Shown here piece after piece: positions 56,362 to 64,000 of a DNA stretch of 64,000 nucleotides. The notes under the pieces were generated by a model that made no database searches, was not told the DNA's origin, and was given only the letters and a program-made list of their open reading frames with translations. Position numbers and translations under genes: made by a program. This stretch comes from a virus. Lineage: Duplodnaviria > Heunggongvirae > Uroviricota > Caudoviricetes. The stretch's first letter is position 1. The number at the start of each line of letters is the position of its first letter. The DNA is taken from IMG/VR virus record IMGVR_UViG_3300025896_000023; one strand, given 5' to 3'.

Positions 56362-56454
56362 AATTGTTAACAACTTTTTGAAAATAATTGCTTAAAGATT
56401 TTCATGGTTCAAAGTTTATAGTTATATTTACATTATAATTAAACAAACAATATT
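56362..56454 (+). promoter_or_regulatory. full composite module copy (palindrome variant AATTGTTAACAACTTTTTG) directly after the tRNA-like region
   Basis: Shares AAATAATTGCTTAAAGATTTTCA with the 57567 copy. Confidence 0.5.
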
Positions 56455-56610
56455 ATGACAATTTACACTGTTATCCCATTCTTTTCTGATGGTATCGAAA
56501 TCTTTGCGAACGATGTTAAAAGCTTCTCCACGTTTGATGCTGCCTACTTCTATGCTACAAACCACTGCTCTGGAAAAACATTTGACATAATTGAAAACGA
56601 ATTAAACTAA
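56455..56610 (+). CDS. small protein, paralog of 48312..48476 (not in ORF track)
   Basis: 51 aa; directly after a promoter module. Confidence 0.4.
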   Translation: MTIYTVIPFFSDGIEIFANDVKSFSTFDAAYFYATNHCSGKTFDIIENELN

Positions 56611-56614
56611 AAAT

Positions 56615-57550
56615 ATGAATTGTAATTATAGAATATTAAAGGACGTACATATCGGACAAAGAGTTCGTAAAACAAAGGACAAAACTACAGTTCCTTTTAA
56701 AAATGACCCGATGACGGACGTAAAAATCATGAATTGGAACCAATTAGGTTTTCAACTAAGTCACCCTGATTTACCAAAAGATATTTGGGTTGATTTCCAT
56801 CAATTACCATTAGACACTATCCAGTTAGAATATGGAGTTATTAAGAATCCAATCACGTTTGTAGAGCAGGTAATGGTAGGCGGTTCGATGGTACTGGTTA
56901 GAGCAGATACTCTAGATTATATGGAGATGATAATTGACAAAAAAGACAAAGAAGATGCTACATTACATGGTGTTAGGGAATTGACACCCGGTGATAGGGT
57001 AATCAGTGCAATATGTAAACATGGAAATGTGATGGTATACTTAGGTACATTCAATATTGCAACTTATGCATATTCTAGAAGCTATTCATATAATTACAGA
57101 AGTAATGGTGTAATAGTCTATTACGTTAATGAAACTCCTGAAAGAGCCTTCTTTGCATACGAAGACCCTGATGGAACATACAATATTAAATCATATCCTA
57201 TTCAAAACAAAATAGTCAAAGAAAATTATTTAGCATCTGATAAAGATAAAGGAGATAAAGTTGACCCTCAATTTATTGACGAGTCTAAGAACTTACAAAT
57301 GATCTTGGATTTTGCGCTGTCCAGAGGATATGAAGCAAAACATTCCGATGAAAAAATAGATGAAGTTAAAAAACAATACTCTAAAATGAAATATGGCGAA
57401 TATGACCCTATCTGTTTCATGCAAAAGGGTAAAACCAACATTAGAGAAAATGCAGTTAATTTTGTATTGGAAGGTAATTTAATGGAAACAACCCATGTTT
57501 ATTTAAATAAACAAGATGCACACATTGCATATGACAATTTGAGAAGATAA
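56615..57550 (+). CDS. hypothetical protein
   Basis: 311 aa. Confidence 0.45.
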   Translation: MNCNYRILKDVHIGQRVRKTKDKTTVPFKNDPMTDVKIMNWNQLGFQLSHPDLPKDIWVDFHQLPLDTIQLEYGVIKNPITFVEQVMVGGSMVLVRADTLDYMEMIIDKKDKEDATLHGVRELTPGDRVISAICKHGNVMVYLGTFNIATYAYSRSYSYNYRSNGVIVYYVNETPERAFFAYEDPDGTYNIKSYPIQNKIVKENYLASDKDKGDKVDPQFIDESKNLQMILDFALSRGYEAKHSDEKIDEVKKQYSKMKYGEYDPICFMQKGKTNIRENAVNFVLEGNLMETTHVYLNKQDAHIAYDNLRR

Positions 57551-57566
57551 ATCGATATTAACTTTT

Positions 57567-57640
57567 AAAATAATTGCTTAAAGATTTTCACATGTCAGGT
57601 TTTTTGTCTATATTTACACTATAATTAAACAAACAATATT
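57567..57640 (+). promoter_or_regulatory. composite module copy (AAATAATTGCTTAAAGATTTTCACATG ... TATATTTACACTATAATTAAACAAACAATATT)
   Basis: Closest relative of the 56362 copy. Confidence 0.5.
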
Positions 57641-57844
57641 ATGAAAATGGATTGGAAAAAGATGGGATTTAAAACTGAAAAAGAGTACAATCAATTCTTA
57701 GAAGAAAAATGGCAATCTTTAAAAAAGAAATTAGAAGAGCCTGAAATTAAAGCAGTATTTGAAAGATTAGCAGACAGATAAATTACAGGTGAAACATATA
57801 TTGAAACCAATATATAAATCATATAAAACTTAACATAAATTGGA

Positions 57845-58135
57845 ATGGATTCTACAAAAATAACATTTAAGGGTTTCTTAAATTGTTTTGAAAGTATCGA
57901 GTTTAATATACTTACAAATAAAAAGAAGGAATATGATGTACAAAAGATTGAGTCAGTACATGAATCCGTTTCATATCTATCTAAAATGCTACAGAATGCA
58001 CGTAGAGAACTATCTAAGGCATACAAATCACATAAGGCAGGAAAACTATCTATTGAGGAATTATTTGATTACGAGTGGCATGTTAGTGAATTAGAACAGC
58101 AACTTAAAAATATTGAAGATCTTAATCAAGAATAA
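57845..58135 (+). CDS. hypothetical protein
   Basis: 96 aa. Confidence 0.35.
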   Translation: MDSTKITFKGFLNCFESIEFNILTNKKKEYDVQKIESVHESVSYLSKMLQNARRELSKAYKSHKAGKLSIEELFDYEWHVSELEQQLKNIEDLNQE

Positions 58136-58137
58136 TT

Positions 58138-58575
58138 ATGAAATACGTAGAATTTATAATAGAAGAATACTTAAACGATACTTATAAAGTTACACTAAAC
58201 CAACCTAAAAATCTAGATGGTAGTAAGCCACAGTTTACTAATAAAATTGGACCATTTGTTAAAATAGATGTCCAAGTAGAAGTTTATGCAATTTATACTC
58301 GATCTGCTGAATTGTTTTTAACGTTTGATGGTTTAACATCAAAGCATATTTTCTATATGCCAACTCATAAAAGTCCAGAACAACTTACAAATGAAATTTA
58401 TCAAAGGATTGATAAAATTGTAAATAAAGCTTTATTAGAAAATGGTAAAGAGGAATGGATTCGTGAAGAGTACAGAAAAAAAGCAGAACTTCTTAGCATA
58501 AAATTAGCAGAAGTTGTAGGAAAGATAAAAGAAATAGATGATAGACAAAATAAAAAGAATTATATGTTGGATTAG
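58138..58575 (+). CDS. hypothetical protein
   Basis: 145 aa. Confidence 0.4.
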   Translation: MKYVEFIIEEYLNDTYKVTLNQPKNLDGSKPQFTNKIGPFVKIDVQVEVYAIYTRSAELFLTFDGLTSKHIFYMPTHKSPEQLTNEIYQRIDKIVNKALLENGKEEWIREEYRKKAELLSIKLAEVVGKIKEIDDRQNKKNYMLD

Positions 58576-58792
58576 TGGTCATAGTTACTCTTATAATTTT
58601 GGATGGGCTCCAACGAAATGTAAATGTAATCGATGTGGCATGAAATGGAGAACGGTAGCAAATCCGGAATATATCACAGGTAAATCAAATCCATTAGAAA
58701 TAGATATTTTTATATGGGTTGAGGATTTACAAATTGAATCAAAACCAAGCATCGATACTAACTGGGACAATGAACCCGACCTAATGTCTTAA
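58538..58792 (+). CDS. small Cys-containing protein
   Basis: 84 aa; CKCNRCGMKW. Confidence 0.35.
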   Translation: MIDKIKRIICWISGHSYSYNFGWAPTKCKCNRCGMKWRTVANPEYITGKSNPLEIDIFIWVEDLQIESKPSIDTNWDNEPDLMS

Positions 58793-58966
58793 TGTATGAG
58801 CGAAATAAATTTAATTGAAGAAGACCTATGGGACCACTACAGTGGACTTCCTAGTCCAGCATGGTATCAATACAAAAAAGAATTTGAGGATGAAGAAGAT
58901 GATACAGGTGATAGCACTTGTGATAGAGGTATTATTACAGAGATTTAAACGCAAAAGAAAAAGTAT

Positions 58967-60163
58967 ATGGGATTTATAAATAAATTAGACAAGCAATACC
59001 AATATTTACTTCAGGACATTTTAGATAATGGAGTAAAGAAAGAAGATAGAACGGGAACTGGTACAATTTCAGTATTTGGACGTCAAATCAGACATAAAAT
59101 GTCGGAAGGATTTCCCTTATTAACAACTAAGAAAATGCCATTCAAAACAATCGTAACAGAACTTCTTTGGTTCTTACGAGGAGATACAAATATTAAGTAT
59201 TTGGTTGATAACGGATGTAACATTTGGAATGGAGATGCTTATAAGAGGTATTCAATTACAATGGGGATGACTGGTCAAGTAGAATCATTAACACAGAAAG
59301 AATTTGTAGAGAAGATTAAAACAGATGATGAGTTTGCTAACAAATGGGGTGAGTTAGGTCCAATTTATGGAGCACAGTGGAGAGGTTGGTTCAAACCTGA
59401 GTATGTAATGAACAATGATTTTGAGACTACTCTACAGCCAGTTGAAATAGACCAAATCCAAAACCTAATCAACGAACTTAAAACAAACCCAGACAGTAGA
59501 CGATTAATGGTTAATGCTTGGAACGTTGGAGAATTAGACCAAATGGTACTTCCACCTTGTCATTATGGATTTCAAGTTTATACAAGAGAGTTGAGTTGGG
59601 AAGAAAGAGATAAAGTATTCAATTTTAAATTACTCAATGAAAAAGGAGGTTTAAAAGGTACCACCGATACCAAACAAAAGTTAGAATGGTTTAACGAAGA
59701 AAACATCCCAACCAGAGCAATCTCTTTAATGTGGAATCAAAGATCCGTTGATACCTTCTTAGGTTTACCATTCAATATTGCTTCTTATGGATTGTTATTA
59801 GAAATAATTGCAAAAGAAGTTAATATGGTTCCTGACCAATTGGTTGGTAACTTAGGTGATGTTCATCTATATTCCAATCATATTGATGCTGCTAAAGAAC
59901 AGATTGGGAGAGAGCTTACAGAAGATGAGAGGTATGAATTAGTAACCCAGCAAATGAGCAAAATGAGAGCAATTAATGATGAGGACTATATTAGATATAA
60001 CATTCCAAAACAGACAAGAGAACCTTTTGCATTACCAACAATAAAACTTCCAGACTACGATATGTTTGAAGGAGAATTTTGTCCTGAATATTGGCTACCT
60101 ACTGATTTTAAAATAGAGAATTACCAATCACATCCAGAAATTAAAGCACCATTAAGTAATTAA
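58967..60163 (+). CDS. thymidylate synthase (ThyA) superfamily enzyme with large insertions; may be a dUMP hydroxymethylase or other pyrimidine C5-transferase rather than canonical ThyA
   Basis: RTGTGTISVFG, FPLLTTKK, ELLWFLRGDTN, LPPCHYGFQVY (catalytic Cys), WNQRSVDTFLGLPFNIASY, DVHLYSNH. About 45 aa inserted between the PCH and QRS blocks plus further insertions; 398 aa. Confidence 0.75.
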   Translation: MGFINKLDKQYQYLLQDILDNGVKKEDRTGTGTISVFGRQIRHKMSEGFPLLTTKKMPFKTIVTELLWFLRGDTNIKYLVDNGCNIWNGDAYKRYSITMGMTGQVESLTQKEFVEKIKTDDEFANKWGELGPIYGAQWRGWFKPEYVMNNDFETTLQPVEIDQIQNLINELKTNPDSRRLMVNAWNVGELDQMVLPPCHYGFQVYTRELSWEERDKVFNFKLLNEKGGLKGTTDTKQKLEWFNEENIPTRAISLMWNQRSVDTFLGLPFNIASYGLLLEIIAKEVNMVPDQLVGNLGDVHLYSNHIDAAKEQIGRELTEDERYELVTQQMSKMRAINDEDYIRYNIPKQTREPFALPTIKLPDYDMFEGEFCPEYWLPTDFKIENYQSHPEIKAPLSN

Positions 60164-60166
60164 GAC

Positions 60167-60400
60167 ATGATAGAAACAATAGGATATATTGCAACAGCAA
60201 TTACTGGAATATCTCTAATGATGGAAAATCTTAAAATGCTAAGATTAATAAATGCAATTGGATGTTTAGTATGGATTACATATGGTTTAATGGTAGATAG
60301 TATGCCAGTCGTAATTACTAATGTTGGTATTTTTGGTATACATTTTGCTAAACTTCTAAAGGAAGAATATAAAAAGAATTTAACAAATGATAGAAACTAG
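60167..60400 (+). CDS. small membrane protein
   Basis: 77 aa, two TM. Confidence 0.4.
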   Translation: MIETIGYIATAITGISLMMENLKMLRLINAIGCLVWITYGLMVDSMPVVITNVGIFGIHFAKLLKEEYKKNLTNDRN

Positions 60401-60725
60401 ACCATGGGGAACTTACGAGGTTCTCTTGGATGCAGAAAATGTAAAGGTTAAGAGAATTATAGTTAATCCAAATCAAAGATTATCGTATCAGTACCATCAT
60501 AAACGACAGGAATATTGGACAGTGGTAGAAGGAGAATTAACAATTATCTTAAACGAGTACGATCATTTAAGATTACCTGGTGATTCTATTGAAATACCAT
60601 TAGGAGCACACCACAGGGCATGGAATAAAACAAATCAACCAGTTACATTTATAGAAGTTCAAACTGGAACGTATTTTGGCGAAGATGATATTGTTAGATT
60701 AGAAGATGATTATTTAAGAAACTAA
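60387..60725 (+). CDS. cupin-fold protein resembling the C-terminal domain of mannose-1-phosphate guanylyltransferase/mannose-6-phosphate isomerase
   Basis: RPWGTYEVL...VKRIIVNPNQRLSYQYHHKRQEYWTVVEG. Confidence 0.5.
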   Translation: MIETRPWGTYEVLLDAENVKVKRIIVNPNQRLSYQYHHKRQEYWTVVEGELTIILNEYDHLRLPGDSIEIPLGAHHRAWNKTNQPVTFIEVQTGTYFGEDDIVRLEDDYLRN

Positions 60726-60728
60726 ATT

Positions 60729-61136
60729 ATGATAAAGGGAGTTATTGCAGGAAACTTTGATGTACTACATCCTGGATATATTAAAATGTTTAAAGAGGCA
60801 GCTGCACATTGTGATTGCCTTATTGTTTTATTACATAGGGATCCTTCAATCGAAAGACCTGATAAATTAAAACCTATTCTTTCGGTAGAAGAAAGAAAGG
60901 AAATGTTATTGGAACTTAAATCGATATGTGATGTATTGATGTATACGTATGAGATTCAATTGTTAGATTTATTAAAGAATGGTGATTTCGATATTAGATT
61001 TTTAGGATATGATTATATTGGAAAACCATTTACAGGAGATACTCTTAATATTCCAATTCATTATATAAATAGAGACCATGATTGGTCAACAACTAAATAT
61101 AAAAAATTAATAGCAGATACAATATATGGAAGATAG
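60729..61136 (+). CDS. cytidylyltransferase-like nucleotidyltransferase with variant HxGY box
   Basis: GVIAGNFDVLHPGYIKM where HxGH is expected; 135 aa. Confidence 0.45.
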   Translation: MIKGVIAGNFDVLHPGYIKMFKEAAAHCDCLIVLLHRDPSIERPDKLKPILSVEERKEMLLELKSICDVLMYTYEIQLLDLLKNGDFDIRFLGYDYIGKPFTGDTLNIPIHYINRDHDWSTTKYKKLIADTIYGR

Positions 61137-61248
61137 ACAGATTATTTGCCAAAAATGCGGTGAAATATTAAAGGAAGCTGGAACTGATCAAAATGGAAAA
61201 TATAAAACATGTGGATCTTGTAATGCTATTGTTACGAAAAATACATGA
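61126..61248 (+). CDS. zinc-ribbon micro-protein (40 aa, not in ORF track)
   Basis: CQKCGE...CGSCN. Confidence 0.3.
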   Translation: MEDRQIICQKCGEILKEAGTDQNGKYKTCGSCNAIVTKNT

Positions 61249-61427
61249 TATATAATAAATGAAATTTAAAACATTTAAAGAGTTAATAGAATCTAAAACA
61301 ATAGGTCAGCAAAATGTTGAACCTAATGATATTGATAATCCAGTACGCAAAGGAGATGGCGAGGATGCAAGATTAATAAAAATAAGACAATTCAAAGGAA
61401 ACGTCGAAGACTACAAAAATTACTGGT

Positions 61428-61754
61428 ATGATAGAATCAATAAAGGCAATAGTTCAACAATTAATTAGCGAATGGGGATGGGCAATTGCCGTTGCTCTAT
61501 TAACTATAGCAATGAAAGATGCTTTAAGTAAATTTTGGTTAGGTATTCAGTTTTTATGGGGTAATGATTTTAATGTAGATGACATAGTTTATATTAATGG
61601 AAATAAAAAAGCTAGAATAGTTCGACAAGGAATATTCAAAACAACATTTTATTTATATGAACATGATAGAAAATTCGTAGTACCTAACGATAGAATTTGG
61701 ACATTAAATTTAGAAAAGGAACTTCCAAAGGAAAATACAAGAAATAGTTACTAA
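61428..61754 (+). CDS. hypothetical protein with N-terminal TM
   Basis: 108 aa. Confidence 0.35.
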   Translation: MIESIKAIVQQLISEWGWAIAVALLTIAMKDALSKFWLGIQFLWGNDFNVDDIVYINGNKKARIVRQGIFKTTFYLYEHDRKFVVPNDRIWTLNLEKELPKENTRNSY

Positions 61755-62004
61755 AGATGAAACTTATTCATTTTTAGTGATATATAAATCATAGTATAAC
61801 ACTATAAAATCAAAAATTATTTATTATGGATTTCATCAACGAAGTAACCTCTGCTTCGCTAGATGAACCAAGAAAAGAAGTATCTGCTGAAATTTTTAAC
61901 GAATTGCAAGATGAATTTGCTATTGAGTTGTTTTTTGAAGATGATGAATCATTTGCTTATCGATTGGTCCAGTTTGGTGTTGGCGGTCCAGGTTAAAAGA
62001 ATTA

Positions 62005-62033
62005 AAAGTGTATCTATTTGGTACACTTTTTTT
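62005..62033 (+). terminator. rho-independent terminator
   Basis: AAAGTGTA-TCTATTTGG-TACACTTT then TTTTTAT. Confidence 0.55.
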
Positions 62034-62064
62034 ATTTAAATAAATACAATAAACAAATAAATTT

Positions 62065-62190
62065 ATGAAAAACATAATTAATAAAGTAACATCTTTTTTC
62101 AAAAAGAAAGAAGTTAAAGTAGAAGAAAAGCCAGAACTTAATACTTCTGTTAACAAAGGTCCATTATACGCATATAGAACAAAAAAATAA
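62065..62190 (+). CDS. micro-protein ending KGPLYAYRTKK (41 aa, not in ORF track)
   Basis: Shares the KGPLYxxRT tail with 44531..44887. Confidence 0.3.
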   Translation: MKNIINKVTSFFKKKEVKVEEKPELNTSVNKGPLYAYRTKK

Positions 62191-62200
62191 GTGTAAAAAA

Positions 62201-62255
62201 GTTTTCACGGATCAAATATTATAGTTATATTTACACTATAATTAAAACATATACT
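62201..62255 (+). promoter_or_regulatory. composite module copy (GTTTTCACGGATCAAATATTATAGTTATATTTACACTATAATTAAAACA)
   Basis: Upstream of glucosaminidase gene. Confidence 0.5.
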
Positions 62256-62825
62256 ATGATTTATACTTATTGTAAAGATTCGTTAATATTTAAAAGAGTA
62301 AGTCCAGTTGTTTATTTAAAAACAGTATTGGCAACTGTGGTTATGATTGGAGTTACTGGATATTTCATGTACAAATATGGAATAAAGAATTCTGTTAGTG
62401 AAATGTCAGTTGAGGAAAGAATAACACTTGTAAAAGAAAATGACCCATTCAGTAAAGAAAAAATGGCTGAAATGTTAGGAGGTTTAAATGTTAAATTTCC
62501 ATGGATTCCAATGGCACAATCAATGTTAGAAACTGGACATTGGAAAAGTGATATTTTCTTTGAAAATCACAACCTATTTGGAATGAAAGAGGCCAGAGCA
62601 AGAATTACCACCGCTATTGGTACAAACAAAAATCATGCAGAATACACAACATGGAGAGAAAGTGTGTATGATTACGCATTCTATCAAAACAGATACTTAA
62701 ATACAATTAAAACCGAAGGAGAATATTATCAATACTTATCTGCGAGTTATGCAGAAGATCCTAAGTATATCCTAAAGGTAAAGAATGCAGTGGAGCGTTA
62801 TAAATTAAAACAATTATTTAATTAG
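62256..62825 (+). CDS. membrane-anchored glucosaminidase-domain peptidoglycan hydrolase (FlgJ-like / lysozyme subfamily 2)
   Basis: Signal-anchor then MAQSMLETGHWKSDIFFENHNLFGMK. Confidence 0.5.
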   Translation: MIYTYCKDSLIFKRVSPVVYLKTVLATVVMIGVTGYFMYKYGIKNSVSEMSVEERITLVKENDPFSKEKMAEMLGGLNVKFPWIPMAQSMLETGHWKSDIFFENHNLFGMKEARARITTAIGTNKNHAEYTTWRESVYDYAFYQNRYLNTIKTEGEYYQYLSASYAEDPKYILKVKNAVERYKLKQLFN

Positions 62826-62859
62826 ATATATAATTAATATAAATAAATTTTAATATAAA

Positions 62860-63357
62860 ATGATAAAACCGAAGACATTAAATCAAGAGGTTGTTAGTGT
62901 AATAAATAAAAGTATTGCATTTGAATATACGTCACATCTATTTTGGAATGCTGCATCTAATTGGTGTGCAAGTAAAGGATATAATACAGCTGCTGCATAT
63001 TATGCAAATGAATCCTATTCTGAATTAAAACATGTAAAAACTTTACAAGAATTTTTACTAGGATGGAATGTTGAACCAGCGATCCCCGCTGTAGAAACAG
63101 TATATAAATTTGATAGCCTACCCGATACTGTAGAAAAATCATATCAATTAATGCTTGCAATTTTCGATAACTATGTTGATAATTCTCAGTCTATTTTTGC
63201 AATTGACCTATCAACATTTGATTTTTTACAACAATTTAGATTAAGACAAGTTGAAGCACTTGCAATTTATTCTAATATATTAAGTGGATTAGAATTAATA
63301 GATATGAATAATAAATTAGATTTATTACACTTTGAAGAAATATATTTAAAAGCATAA
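62860..63357 (+). CDS. hypothetical protein
   Basis: 165 aa. Confidence 0.4.
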   Translation: MIKPKTLNQEVVSVINKSIAFEYTSHLFWNAASNWCASKGYNTAAAYYANESYSELKHVKTLQEFLLGWNVEPAIPAVETVYKFDSLPDTVEKSYQLMLAIFDNYVDNSQSIFAIDLSTFDFLQQFRLRQVEALAIYSNILSGLELIDMNNKLDLLHFEEIYLKA

Positions 63358-63905
63358 TGAAAAAAGTAAAATTATTTGAAGAATTTTTAAATGAAAGTTC
63401 TACTTGGGAAAATCTTTGTAAAAAATCAAAGGTTATGTTTGGCGAATGGGTAATAGACGCATTAACTGAAGATGACATGGCCAAAATCATTGATTTAAAA
63501 GAGGCTGATAAATTAGCTAAAAAAAGATATGGTGAATTTGGATTTGCTACTCTTGACCTTGATGAAATGCAAGAACTTATTAACAGATATCCTAAATTAG
63601 TAAAGGAATCATTGGTAAATGAAGCTAAAGATTCTACGAGAGAAGAATTAATGGATTTGTTAGAAACTAAATACAAAATCAAAACTGTTAGAACTTCTGA
63701 AGAATTCAATGGTCAAACTGAAGGAATTTGGATTGCAGCCGATAACGAAGAAGAATTAAGCGGTAATAGAATGTTTGATTATTACAATCGTTCAGCAAAA
63801 TATACGAATGGTGTACTAAAACAACTTAGAACAGCAGTTGAAAAAACAGGTTGGTGGTTCGAATGGAATGATCCAGGAACAATTATGATTTGGCCTAAAA
63901 ATTAA
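63357..63905 (+). CDS. hypothetical protein
   Basis: 182 aa; ATGA overlap. Confidence 0.4.
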   Translation: MKKVKLFEEFLNESSTWENLCKKSKVMFGEWVIDALTEDDMAKIIDLKEADKLAKKRYGEFGFATLDLDEMQELINRYPKLVKESLVNEAKDSTREELMDLLETKYKIKTVRTSEEFNGQTEGIWIAADNEEELSGNRMFDYYNRSAKYTNGVLKQLRTAVEKTGWWFEWNDPGTIMIWPKN

Positions 63906-64000
63906 TAAATAAAGATATGAAATATATACAATTATTTGAAGAATTCATTAATGAAACTGAAATTGTTTATCATGATTACGATTTTCTAGGCATGCAAGCA

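Noticed and set aside
1-64000. CRISPR arrays, integrase/attP, transposases and rRNA
   Set aside because: No regularly spaced direct repeats with unique spacers. No tyrosine- or serine-recombinase motifs. The short direct repeats seen are promoter or junction duplications. No rRNA-like sequence.

Overview
This window looks like part of a large, AT-rich dsDNA phage genome; it is not bacterial chromosome. Nearly every gene is on the + strand, tightly packed or overlapping. I saw no capsid, portal or terminase genes and no integrase, so this reads as an auxiliary or non-structural region. The genes are punctuated by about 21 near-identical promoter-like modules (TATATTTACATTATAATTAAAACAAACAA then ATG), many preceded by a conserved 9-bp palindrome GTTAATAAC and a GTTTTCAC box. 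There are also several clean rho-independent terminators. A Bacteroidota-type host is inferred from the histone-H1/Hc1-like small protein, the absence of Shine-Dalgarno leaders (A-rich AAAACAAACAA leaders instead), lipoprotein signal patterns and the TAnnTTTA-like -7 box. Recognisable content falls into five groups. (1) An NAD+/ADP-ribose group: a PRPP-synthetase-like gene, a NAMPT-like gene, a Macro domain gene and a NADAR gene. (2) A tRNA group: a minimal CCA-adding enzyme, a Thg1-like 3'-5' nucleotidyltransferase, four tRNAs I could fold by hand (Ala, Leu, Ser, Asp), further tRNA-like acceptor/T-arm modules, and an HNH homing endonuclease inside the tRNA cluster. (3) Nucleotide and DNA metabolism: a ThyA-like enzyme with large insertions, a P-loop kinase, a DNA ligase followed by a class I glutamine amidotransferase, an Fpg/Nei-like glycosylase, a DEDD exonuclease, a PD-(D/E)xK nuclease, a LOG-family hydrolase, a nucleoside deoxyribosyltransferase-like gene and two metallophosphoesterases. 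(4) A block of paralogous DXD-motif proteins followed by two 2OG-Fe(II) oxygenases. (5) Lysis and envelope genes: a PG-binding amidase endolysin, a glucosaminidase, an SPFH protein, an M42 peptidase, a C1 peptidase and an LRR lipoprotein. All calls come from reading motifs by eye; no database search was possible.
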